Of a DNA stretch of 64,000 bases, positions 52,773-64,000 are shown piece by piece; positions within the stretch are counted from its first letter, which is position 1, and each line of letters opens with the position of its first letter. The translations under genes were made by a program, and so were the position numbers. The DNA lies in NCBI GenBank assembly GCA_038087875.1, contig CM075982.1:36642001-36706000 (forward strand). Reading direction: 5' to 3'. A model generated the notes under the pieces. It was not told the origin of the DNA and searched no databases. It saw only the letters and a program-made list of their open reading frames with translations. Source of the stretch: Malacoraja senta. Lineage: Eukaryota.

Positions 52773-52979
52773 CGAAGATAACCTCAAAATGCTGGAGTAA
52801 CTCAGTGGGACAGGCAGCATCTCCGAAGAGAAGGAATGGGTGATGTTTCTGGTTGAGACCCTTCTTCAGACTGATGGTTCTCAACAGAAGGGTCTTGACC
52901 CGAAATGCCACCGCTTTTTTCTCTCCAGAGATGCTGCCTGTCCCGCTGAGTTACTCCAGCATTTTGTGTCTATCTTCGA
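52773..52979. repeat. Fold-back Penelope pLTR-derived element with arms of about 90 bp
   Basis: Same architecture as 18630-18812. Confidence 0.8.
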
Positions 52980-53324
52980 TTAAAACCAGCATCTGCAGTT
53001 CCTTCCTACACCTCAACAGGCCATGCCAATGCTAGAGCTCCCAACATGTAAAACTTTGTTTTCATGGCAAAGTGTGTTGTGTTTTGTGGCAACCAGGCCT
53101 CCGAACGACCCATTTGGGCGACCTGTTACAAGCACTGCCTAGATTCGCAACTGATAGCACACACTTCCCAAGGCCTGTTTCTTTTAAACCACTCCTACAA
53201 TCAAATTTTCTTATTAACTTGAGGAATTTTACAAAATGAAAATATAAAAGATTTTAAAACGACTAAAAACAAATATGCAGAGAAATAAAACAAATTTAAA
53301 AATTCCAAGCATAGACTGGACGAT

Positions 53325-53855
53325 CGTTTCGCTCAGTCCGCCTTGGCTGCCTTGATCTCCCGGTTACCAAACACTTTAACTCCCCTTCCCATTTTGACCT
53401 TTCTGTCCTGGGTCTCCTCCATTGTCAGAGTGAGGCTAAATGCAAATTGGAGGAGCAGCACCTCATATTTCACTTGCAACCCGGTGGTATGAATATTGAT
53501 TTCTCTAACTTCAAATAAACCTTGCAGCCCCTCTATTTCCATCCTTCCCCCACCAGTCATACTAGTTTCACTGTTATCCTGTTGAGTTTCACTGTCTGTA
53601 TAACTTGTTATCACCAAGCCCATAGCCAACAATGGACCATTGTGGGCTTCACCTTAACTTGATCATCGTTACTTGTTGAATATCTTTCATTCATTTGTTC
53701 TATATTTCTCTATATCATAGTCTCCATCTCTCGTTTCTCATTCCCCTGACTCTCAGTCTGAAGAAGGGTCACGATCCAAAATGTAACCTATTCCTTTTCT
53801 CCAGAGATGCTGCCTGATCTGCTGAATTACTCCAGCTTTTTGTGTCTATCTTCAA
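53325..53855 (+). mobile_element. Penelope-like 3' fragment with degenerate hammerhead core
   Basis: aaattggaggagcagcacctcatattt; cagtctgaagaagggtcacgatccaaaatg. Confidence 0.7.
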
Positions 53856-55689
53856 TATAATCAAACACTTGGAAAAGGTGGCACAGCAGTTGGTGGTCTC
53901 ATAGCTTCAGGGCTAAGTGCAATCTGACCTCAGATGCTGACTAAGCAGTATGCACATTCTCCCTGCTACTGTGTCGTGTGTTCTCCATTCACATCCCAAA
54001 CATGCAGGTAGGTTAATTGATTGTAAATTACATCTTAAAGAAGATAAAGGTCAAAAGAATCAATGAGCATTTGATGGAGAATACGATGCAGGGCATAGGA
54101 TGAAAAGGAGGAATGGTAAAGAAAATCATCTTTGCTGATCAAGGCAAAATAAGTTTATTCCAAAGAGATTAAAATAATATTTTCTTACGCAGATGTCAGA
54201 TTTTGATGACTCTAATTTCCTGCTGCAAGATATCTTTGAAGCAGAGTTTGAAATTGAATTAGATAGCGGGATGTCAAGGGTATTAAATGTATGGGGCACA
54301 GCAAGGAAAGTGCACTTACGTTAAATAGTTCATGTTATGTGTAAACTTGAAGGAATGAATAGCCCCTGTTCTGCTATCCGCTATGGCATTAAGTATTCAA
54401 ATTCGTGCTGAAGAATGCCAATTGCACAATGGAGCTCGGCATTAATTCAATTTAGGCTGAAGTGTATTATTACCATCTATAGGTTCAACGTTATCCTCTT
54501 GGCCAAATGATAACTTGAACTTCAAATATTAAAAAATACAGTTTAGTGGATCGTGACCAGCACAATCTTAGATTTGGAATTTGATCTCAAACTCTTAGAT
54601 TTGGATTTTATTTTCTTTCACAGTAGGCATCTGACAGCACTGCGTAACGCTATACAATGTAGGTAAATGTTATGGTGACTAATGCACCAGATGTTGAGAT
54701 TCAAAGCCCTAAGAAAAGCTTTCTCTACACCAGTATGATATAACCTATAAATGAGACTAATTAATTTATGAACCCATGTGAATATAATAATGTAGCTACT
54801 GACTATTTGGATTCAAATTCAAAATAGCCGTGCTCATTTCACCTATCCTCCTCATAGATAAAAGAAAAGTCTGAAAGCAAGTCTGGATAACAATGTGGCA
54901 CGCGTTTCTTGGGATTCAGAATCAGGAATATTTAAATCAAGTTTATGGCAATGAAACCTAGAAATGCAATACATATTGGGATGGGGATTTTGTTGCAGTG
55001 CACATTGATCCAAGTAAATTTAGCATTACTCTTTTTATTGCAAATTGTGAATCTGTATAAGCTCAGACAAAGGTCTGAAGAGTCAGCGAAATAACTGTGG
55101 TAATTTTAATATTGATGCTATTTCAATTTAGATTCCAGAAATCAGATAGCTAGGAATTCTAATAAGGGGTCTTTGACCTGAAAACATTAACTCTGTTTCT
55201 CTTTCCACAATTGCTATCAGACCTGCTGCATTTCTCTAGCACTTCGGTTTCAGTCCAGGAACTGGTTCCCAGCTTTTATACCATCAAATCTGAACCACTT
55301 ATTCTCATGGCAAACAACAAGATTTTGAAATGTTGTGCATTGTGAGGTTTAACATCAAGGACGGTTGGACTAAGGATAATGGCTGAGGAAATACAAACAA
55401 CACACAAGTATAAGGGCAACATATTGACTACTATGCTTGCAAGTCATTTACAATTCTATGGCCAAACACTTAGCTGTATTTTGTATTTCAACATAATTTA
55501 ATCGATTAGTTTAAAAGCTGAACTGATCAAGGTCAAAAATATTTTTATCACAACAAAAATGGAAAACAGGAGAATGAAAAATATTTAAAAAGTACAGAAC
55601 TTAGTTCAAAGTTTAGCTACTTTGCCTCTTATCCTGAAATATTGCACATTAATGAGGACATCTCAAAAATGCAACAAAACAATTCTTAC

Positions 55690-55744
55690 CTGGTCTGGAG
55701 GTATATAGTCACTTTGTCTGACTATGTCAATCCTATCTAGAAAG
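55690..55744 (-). CDS. GNAS: G-alpha-s exon 7 (55 bp); earlier exons not found in the window
   Basis: tcttgcag|C...CAG|gtaaga; (Y)FLDRIDIVRQSDYIPPDQ vs human FLDKIDVIKQADYVPSDQ. Confidence 0.93.
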
Positions 55745-56170
55745 CTGCAAGACAAAACAAATATGATTGAGTTATGTGTAATAGGTGAAACGTTGAAAGG
55801 AATAATGGTCATTTAAATGTCACAGCAATAATGTTCTGAAATTCAAGCTAAAACATGGTTCACCACAAAAGTGCACTATGATTCTCCACATCCCTCTCAT
55901 TATCATTTTTGGGTAAGGGATTTCTCTAGTGCCCTGAGAATGGCAGAAATAAAACCATAAGTATTGAAACTTAGATTCTGCAGGGAATCAGTGGGATATT
56001 TCAGGAGTCTGAGAATTCCTGATGAATGACATACAAGTTATTTCTGCTGATACCATTCTTCATTAAATGATTTTAGCACAGATAGAATAAACCACAACTG
56101 AGTATGTATATCGTAAATATTATATAACATGGCACATGAACAAATATTATATAGCATGTAACATAAACAT

Positions 56171-57770
56171 CTAGTAGTATATCTTTATTGTCATTTCCTG
56201 AGTATTCGCATACCCAGAGGAAACAAAAAAACGTTCCTCAACCAGTGTCCATTTCAGTGTGCAGTAAAAAATAAATAGAAGTAAAAATACATATATCATG
56301 AACAAATTAACACTCTACTCTCTACTAAACATCAACAGGCGTTCCGATCGGCAGCGGCACGACAGTGGCTCTGCTGCAGTGTGTCCAGGTTGGTGGTTGG
56401 TGCACGATACTTTGGCAGGGGGCAAAGTCCGTTTATCAGTCTTATAACCTGCGTGAAGAAGCTGAGGAGCATCCTGCTGGTTTTGCACCTAATGCTCTGG
56501 TACCTCTTCCCAGATGGCAGGATGGAGAATATGTGATGCGATGGGTGGTAGGGGTCTTTGATGATGTAGATGGCTCTGCTGATACATCTCTTCCTGTATA
56601 TGTCCAGCAGGAAAGGGAGTGGAGCACCAATAATCCTGCTGGCGGTCTTCACAATCCTGTCTAGTTGGTGCCGTTCGTACGCCTTGCAGCTCCCGAACCA
56701 GGAAGTGATGCCGTAGGTTAATGTGCTCTCGATTGTCCCCCTATAAAAAGTTCGTAGGTGTGTAGTGGGGAGACCTGCTTTACGTAGTCTTCGGAGAGGG
56801 TGTAGTCGCTGCTGGGCTCTCTTGACCAGTGCTGTGGTGTTGGTCGTGGACGTCAGGTCATCTGACAGGTGGAGTCCTAGGAACTTCACGCTGTTGACCC
56901 TTTCCACATCAGCTCCATCGATGTGCAGAGGTGTATGGTGTTGTTTTCCCGCCCTCCTGAAGTCAACCACCATCTCCTTAGTTTTTCCCACGTTGAGAAT
57001 GAGGTTGTGGGATTTGCACCATCCTGTGAGCAGCTCCACCTCCATCCTGTACACCGACTCATCATTGTCACTGATGAGACCCACCACTGTTGTGTCATCA
57101 GCGAACTTGTTGATGAAGTTGTTGTTGAGTCTAGCAGTACAGTCGTGTGTTAGCAGACTAAACAGCAGGGGGCTTAGGACACAGCCTTGGGGCGAGCCAG
57201 TGCTCACGGCTATGGTTTTTGATGTCCTACTGCCCACCCTGACTGTCTGCTGCCGTTGCGATAGAAAGTTCAGGACCCAGTTACATGTGCCAGCATCAAC
57301 CCCCAATAGCTCCAACTTCTCCACCAGCTGCTGCGGAATGATTGTATTAAAAGCAGAGCTGAAGTCTATGAAGAGGATCCTGGCATAAGTACTTTTCCGA
57401 TCAAGGTGTGACAGTACGAGGTTCAGTGTTGTTGAGACTGCGTCCTCTGTGGATCGGTTGGCTCTGTAGGCGAACTGCAGTGGGTCTAGGTCGGCAGGTA
57501 GACTATTTTTGATATGCTGCATAACCAGTCGCTCAAAACACTTCATTACTATGGGTGTTAGAGCCACTGGTCGAAAGTCATTATGGCAGGCTGGTTTTGG
57601 TTTCTTCGGGACAGGGACGATGGTGGCACTCTTAAGACAGTTGGGCACTACTGCCTGGCTGAGTGAGATGTTAAAAATGTCTGTGAAGACATCTTTCAGT
57701 TGCTCGGCGCAGTCTCTTAAAACGCATGCAGGAATGTTGTCCGGCCCTGCAGCTTTGCGTGGGTTGATTT
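56171..57770 (-). mobile_element. 5'-truncated Rex1/Babar-type LINE with uninterrupted RT ORF
   Basis: ORF 56332-57648 stays open upstream ([13 protein letters not shown]...); [21 protein letters not shown] and KFADDT; AATAAA at 56184-56189. Confidence 0.92.
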
Positions 57771-58350
57771 AGCCAGATTTCTAGCATAGATTCTTGGCAA
57801 TTTTTTTTACACTACTTCATATTGCACTATTGTTTCTGTTTTGCACTATTGTATGTAGTCATATTTATCATTATCACGTTTTACTGTACTCTTCATCTGA
57901 ACAGAGAATGTCATTGCACCCTGGCGTATTTGAGAATAAACTCGTAAATTGAATCTGCAAAGCTTCATATTTCCCGACAGTTCCTATCAATCAGAACGAA
58001 GATTTTCAATGCCTATGATTAATTTCGATGCTCAATGTGACTTTACTGCCACATTTGCTACCCTGTTAGTTGATGACATTGCTAATGAATTGAGAATGGA
58101 TTGACTTATATGGATTTATTGCTTCAATGTTGAATTGCAGAGTTGGCCGCTAATATCGGAGAAATGCGATGAAAAATTATGCCAAATTAAAGCGGCCATG
58201 AAATGTAAAACTACAAGAGGAGTAACCAGAGCTTGTCAATCATATAGCCAAACCTAAACGCTGCGATTTATACAGAGTGGGACTAAGAGTGGTATGGTTG
58301 TGTTTTGTGTAAACATTTTTGTCAGTCTTGCATAGTAATCTTAAGAAGAA

Positions 58351-58448
58351 GGGTCTGAAGAAGGGTTTCGGCCCGAAACGTTGCCTATCTCCTTCGCTCC
58401 ATAGATGCTGCTGCACCCACTGAGTTTCTCCAGCATTTTTGTGTACCT
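58351..58448 (+). ncRNA. Solo pLTR fragment beginning with a minimal type-I hammerhead-ribozyme-like motif (58351-58386)
   Basis: gggt-CTGAAGA-a-gggt(ttcg)gccc-GAAAC-GTT-gcct: core CUGANGA/GAAA, stem II with a UUCG loop, 4-bp stem I, palindromic ACGT helix III. Confidence 0.6.
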
Positions 58449-58858
58449 TAGCAATCTTAATGCTTGGTTAACAATATCTGCATTCATGTTTTGTGTAAAT
58501 ACAAAATATATTAGAATAAATGAATTCCCAATTAAATCTACAATGCCAGCAACGATAACTCACATAAAGTAAAATGTGCCAAAGCACCGGATGGGAATGC
58601 TATTAAGGAAAATCTGGCTAAACAATGGTCAGATGCAAGTTTTAATAGTGTCAAAGGAGGCAAGAGTTAGACTGGCATAGTGGCCTACAGGGGAAACTCA
58701 TGGCACGTATCCCAGCCAATCAATGACAATAATAGAGTAATAACAATACAAAAGGTCAGTACTAGGTTTGAGAAAAATAATAAATAATATGGGTGATCTT
58801 GTGACCCCAGAACTTCCCGAAGAAAGATTGACTTTTTGCTCAGCCACATCACAATTAT

Positions 58859-59899
58859 TAGCAATGTTACAACATTTTGAGATTTAAAAAATAAAGTCTG
58901 CAATTTATCCCATCAGATAAAGCATAAAAAGAAGTTTAATTTGACACTTAATTCACTTTCATATCTTCAGTATTAAAAAAGTTATGGCCATTATCATACT
59001 CAGAAATTAGCATCTAGTTCCCTATTGCTTTTCCATTGACTTAACACAAAAGCTGTGATCGAGGACAGTTAAAAGCCCATAACTTTCTTAAAAATTGTGA
59101 TAACTGAAAGAAATTTTCAGTTATTATAGATTGAAGCATTCTGAAACAAATATGAAACAATCTTACTTCGAAGACATGAAAGTAAAGCATATAATTAGTT
59201 AGTTACCTAATTGTAGCTAATTACAAAATTCAATTACTAGATCTAAACATCTATCAATTTCTTAAGAATAGATTAACATTTTTAAATAGCCTAAGTGTCC
59301 AAATAACATTCACACAATAATTCACAATATAACATAATTTTTAAATCTAATTTTCATGAATTTACAGGCCAAATGGAAGGAATTGAATGTTTAATACCTG
59401 TAAATTAATGGGGATTTAATTCATCTTGCGAGTGAGGATTTCTGGAACGCGATCTTTTGGAACGTTCATTTGCGGTGAATTTAACCCCCGTATTGGCATG
59501 AAAAATACTGCCGTTCATTCGGGGAATAAAATCACTGTGTCGCATGAAAAAATGTGAATTAAAGGCTTCTTAAGAAGCACTTTTATACATTTAAAGAAAC
59601 CACTTTCGTTTACCTGTCCCGTGTGTGAAATCCGTCCCCGTTATCGGCGTTGACGCTTCAGGAGCTGCTTTTAAAATTACTCTAGCGCTGACATTGACGA
59701 TTTAATAAAAAAAAAAGATTCACAAAACGCCGGTAGGAACGATTTGTCAGCCAAGGCTTGTACTCCAACAAAATATTAACCAGGACAAGGGAGGAGAAAC
59801 CCGCGTTTTAACCCCGCCCCCCTTAAAGGCGCCAAAATCGCGCACACGGCCAGTGGCAGAATTACAGCGCGACTGAAGGTAAGTTTTGTAACATACCTA
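58859..59899. mobile_element. Non-autonomous TIR DNA transposon (1041 bp) with a 7-bp TSD
   Basis: Termini TAGCAATGTTACAA...TTGTAACATACCTA; CAATTAT duplicated at 58852-58858 and 59900-59906. Confidence 0.7.
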
Positions 59900-60894
59900 C
59901 AATTATACCAATCACAGCAAAAAAACAAGACAAAAAATACTAGATCTTTAGGAAAATTTCAATTACAACTGGGAAATGTCCCTATAATGAGAGCTACGTA
60001 TATAGATTTTCATAGCATATAAACAGATTATTTTATCCACCACCCATTTTATTTCACTTTAACTAATGTCCCTGTAAATACACATTTATGGTGGTCTCAA
60101 GCGCTCACCTAGTTTTTCCTTCAAAGGATTCATATGCATCTCACTCATTCCATGTGAGTTCACTTTATAGAAGAACACAGACCTTGCAATCTTAATGAGC
60201 ATACCACAATCAGCAGATTATAATCTCACCAAATTTCTTGAGTCACAGTAAAAAGATTTAGATTGCCCAACGAGATGTAAATGCTTTTCAACTAAATCAT
60301 TCAATTCGGCCACTCCCTTGTCCCTCCAAGCAGTATGACTTGGCAACACAAGATATTTCAAATGTACACTGACTACCCACATGGGGAGAATAAACCTCCT
60401 TAATATTTTAACATCCAATGATTAAAGAGAACCTTTACATTTGTTGGCACAACTTAAGCAACAACAACATTTCCAGAAGTGTAATCATTTGTTATAATTA
60501 AATGAACAATTGGAAAGTTATTGCATTTAAAATGTCACAATACAGGGCTCTCACTTAACATTTTTTCTCTGTTTCCAGCCGGGCAACCTAGGCAGCTTTT
60601 TAGGTTGCCAAATGACAGTTTAGGTGGTCATTTAAGACGGCGTGCTATAATGTGCTCGGACGATGTGCGTAGTTACCAGTCGGAATTATGCTCAATGAAG
60701 CATTCACATATTATTTCTGCTTCAAATAAAGTCACAAACTAAACATATTCACCAATCAAGGCATGATATATACCACAATGACATGCAGCAAAATTATAAT
60801 ACAGTATCTCAACTCTTTTTACACGTTGCAGTGAAGGCAATTTTTATTATTTCTTTCCACTTCCAAACAAAAATGTGGTTGGATTATTCAGCGT

Positions 60895-62062
60895 ATGATC
60901 AACTTCGGTGAGACCAAGCTTAGGCTTGGCGATCGCTTCACACACCTCCACTCAGTTTGTAATAACCAACCTGATCTCCTGGTGGCTCAGCACTTCAACA
61001 TCCCCTCCCATTCCGAATCCGACCTTTCTGTCCTGGGCCTCCTTCATGGCCAGAGTGAGGCCCACTGCAAATTAGAGGAATAGCACCTCATATTTCACTT
61101 GGGTAGTTTACACCCCAGCGGTATGAACATTGACCTCCAATTTCAGGTAGTTCTTGCTTTCTCTCTCCTTCCCAACTCTCCCTCCACCCACTGTATCCGC
61201 TTCGTCCTTTCTTCTTCTTCTTCCCACTGTATCCGCCTCTTCCTTTCTTTCCCCCCCCCCCCCCGACATCAGTCTGAAGAAGGGTCTCGACCCAAAACTT
61301 CGCCTATTTCGTCGCTCCATAGATGCTGCCTCACCCGCTGATTTTCTCCAACTTTTTTGTCTCCCAAAGGGATCCAACCACTGGCCACATCTTCCCATCT
61401 CCTCGCCTGTCGGCTTTCCGCAGAGACCGCTCCCTCCGTACCTCCCTGGTCAATTCGCCCTTTCCCACCCAAACCACCCCCTCTCCTAGCACTTTCCCTT
61501 GCAACCGCAGGAAATGCTACACTTGTCGCTTCACCTCCCCCCTTGACTCCATTCAAGGACCCAAACAGTCTTTCCAAGTACGGCAGAGGTTCACCTGCAC
61601 CTCCTCCAACCTCATCTATTGCATGCGCTGCTCTAGGTGTCAGCTGCTCTACATCGGTGAGACCAAGCGTAGGCTTGGCGATCGCTTCGCCCAACACCTC
61701 CGCTCGGTTCGCAATAACCAACCTGATCTCCCGGTGGCTCAGCACTTCAACTCCCTCCTCCCATTCCGAATCCTCCTCCATGGCCAGAGTGAGGCCCACC
61801 GTAAATTGGAGGAGCAGCACCTCATATTTCGCTTGGTCAGTTTACACCCCAGCGGTATGAACAATGACTTCTCCAATTTCAGGTAGCCCCTGCTTTCTCC
61901 TCCCCAGCTGTCCCTCAGCCCATTGTCTCTGCCTCTTCCTTTCTTCTCGTCCCCCCCCCCTTCACCCCCCATCAGTCTGAAGGTCTCGACCCGAAACTTT
62001 GCCTATTTCCTTCGCTCCATAGATGCTGCCTCACCCGCTGAGTTTCTCCTGCATTTTGTCTA
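60895..62062 (+). mobile_element. Tandem partial Penelope-like element (pLTR-GIY-YIG-pLTR)
   Basis: CNRRKCYTC...SSNLIYCMRCSRCQLLYIGETKRRLGDRFAQH...HPSGMNNDF; 3' module duplicated at 60895-61359 and 61650-62062. Confidence 0.88.
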
Positions 62063-62084
62063 CCCATTCACACAAGTTCTGTTA

Positions 62085-62600
62085 TCCCACTTTCCTCACC
62101 CACTCCCTACACATTAAGGGCAATTTTACAGAGACAAGTTAACCTACAAAGTCAATGCGTCTTTGGGATGTGGGAGGAAACCCACATGCTTGCAGGGAGA
62201 ATGTGCAAATTCAACACAGACAGTGCCCGAGGACAGGATCGAACACAGATCTCTGGCGTGTGAGGCAGCAAGTCCACCAGCTGTGCCACTATATTTTTCC
62301 AACACAAAAAATTATACGTTGATAACTTTGGTCACATAAAAAAAAAAGAAGAAACTATCCATTTTCAGTCTTAAATCTCTAAGTGATGCTATGTCCCCCT
62401 TTACAGCTACTGTATGTTTTAATTCAGTTCAAGACTATGGGGCAGTACATTGGCCATAAAGTTGCTGCCTAAAAGTGCCAGAGACCCGGAATTGATCCTG
62501 AATATTGGTGCTGTCTGTATAGAGTTTGCTCCTTTTCCCTTTTATCGCATGGGTTTTCTCCGGGTGCTCTTGTTTCCTTCCACATTCCAAAGGTGTGCAG
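62085..62600. mobile_element. V-SINE fragments (- about 62085-62292; + about 62440-62600)
   Basis: V-domain similarity in both orientations. Confidence 0.6.
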
Positions 62601-62825
62601 GAACCTTTTTCAGACCCAACCCAAAACGTAATCTTTTCCTTTTGTTCGGAGATTCTGTCTGACCTGTTGAGTTACTCCAGCTTTTTGTGTCTATCTTCAG
62701 TTTACACCAGCATCTGCAGTTCCTTCCTACACACACGATACTATACGATTGAACTTTATTAATCCCAGGAGGGAAATTGTGTGTGTGTGGGTATATATAT
62801 TACTTACACACACACACACACACAC

Positions 62826-63192
62826 GGGCGACGTTTTGGGTCGAGACCCTTTTTCAGACTGATGTCAGGGGAGGGGGCGGGACAAAGATAGAACGTAGTC
62901 AGAGACAGTAAGACTAGTGGGAGAACTGGGACGGGAAAGGGGATGGAGAGAGAAAGCAAGGGCTATCTGGTTAGAGAAGTTAAATAGCCAGATAGCCCTT
63001 GCTTTCTCTCTCCATCCCCTCCCCCTTCCCAGTTCTCCCACTAGTCTTACTGTCTCCGACTACATTCTATCTTTGTCCCACCCCCTCCCCTGACATCAGT
63101 CTGAAGAAGGGTCTTGTCCCGAAACGTCGCCCATTCCTTCTCTCCAGAGATGCTGCCGCACCCGCTGAGTTACTCGAGAATTTTGTGTCTAC
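62826..63192. repeat. Fold-back Penelope pLTR pair with arms of about 140 bp and a hammerhead-like core on each arm
   Basis: 62826-62967 is the reverse complement of about 62990-63133; CTGAAGAAGGGTCTTGTCCCGAAACGTC at 63101-63128. Confidence 0.85.
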
Positions 63193-64000
63193 AATAAGAA
63201 ACCATTACAGGCAGTGCTTTACCTAGTTGAATCACTGGTCCCACAAGCACCAGATCTCGTCTTCCAGGGACACGAACCATTCCAAATTAGATCCTTCTAA
63301 TATGCAGTATTTGGTACTCACAATGTGATTCCCGCTCAATTGAGTTAGGTAACAAAATGCATAATGGCATCCGCTTAGCAGAACCCTTCCAGTTAATCTG
63401 CAAGAGTAAATCTGAACTTCCCATTGCTTGTCATTCTAATTCTCCATACTACACCTGGCCTCTTTATTTAGACTCCAACAGTACTTTAATGAAGCATAAT
63501 GTCAACTCGAGGAACAGAACTAATCTTCTGACTGGGTACATTGCAGAGTTCAGAACTCGCTGTTGAATTCAATGGTTTCAAATAGTCAGCTAATGCTGTC
63601 TTGTATCTCAAATTTCCATAGTTTTTTCTCCTCTCTCTTCCCTGGTATTTCAAGGTACATTTGTAACTTCCTATTTGGATATCTCCAGAGATTATCCTGC
63701 AAACACCACCCCTCTCCCTCCTTACCTTTTAACTAGCACCACTACTTGCGACATTCACTCTTTTCTGGTCGTCAGTTGACTCTCTGGTGGTGTAGCATCT
63801 CATCTTTCCTTACTCCCTTCTCCAAGTAAAAACCTGTTTCATTTAAATCTTCCCATTTTTAATGAAAGATCAACTGCATCTTCAGCAGATGATTCCTAGT
63901 CAGCTGAGAATTTTCAGATTTTTGGTTCCCTCCACCACTGAATTTATTAAATATGCCAATTTTCACCAGAAAATACCAGAGTTGCCTGAGAAGTTAGAAG

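Noticed and set aside
56765-57388. Long antisense ORFs over LINE, Gypsy and Penelope coding regions (also 61269-61820 and several in 36000-39000)
   Set aside because: Shadow frames of retroelement ORFs with no independent evidence.
60543-60894. Possible hAT-like left end CAGGGCTCTC
   Set aside because: No matching right end or TSD in the window; truncated by a Penelope element.
63220-63285. Possible GNAS exon 6 (LEDE-like word with a GT donor)
   Set aside because: Does not encode LWEDEGV...RSNEYQLIDCAQY and has an in-frame stop; exon 6 is presumably outside the window.

Overview
Repeat-rich vertebrate genomic DNA, most likely from a cartilaginous fish such as a skate or ray. That assignment is inferred from the HE1/V-SINE, CR1, Rex1/Babar and Penelope repeat landscape. 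I reconstructed two spliced genes by hand on the minus strand; the ORF track misses most of their exons. (1) Exons 7-13 of a G-alpha-s (GNAS-type) gene at 55744->32737, with exon sizes 55/74/59/121/131/68/147 matching human GNAS, followed by a long repeat-free 3' region. (2) Downstream, exons 7-13 of a BPI/LBP (TULIP, BPI-fold) gene at 15886->4396, with sizes 92/177/60/168/68/43/64 matching BPI/LBP. Its C-terminal domain is strongly cationic. Its N-terminal exons are not recognisable, apart from a divergent candidate exon 6, and a 200-N assembly gap may hide them. Introns and the intergenic space hold many elements with resolvable ends: nested PIF/Harbinger MITEs, CR1 and Rex1 LINEs, Penelope-like elements with minimal hammerhead-ribozyme motifs, a deleted Gypsy element with a tRNA-Trp PBS, an L1 lacking its entire RT, an AcademX-like XPG-nuclease DNA transposon and a Helitron-like end. 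A pair of CTCF-like motifs lies between the genes. No prokaryotic systems, CRISPR arrays or RNA genes are present.
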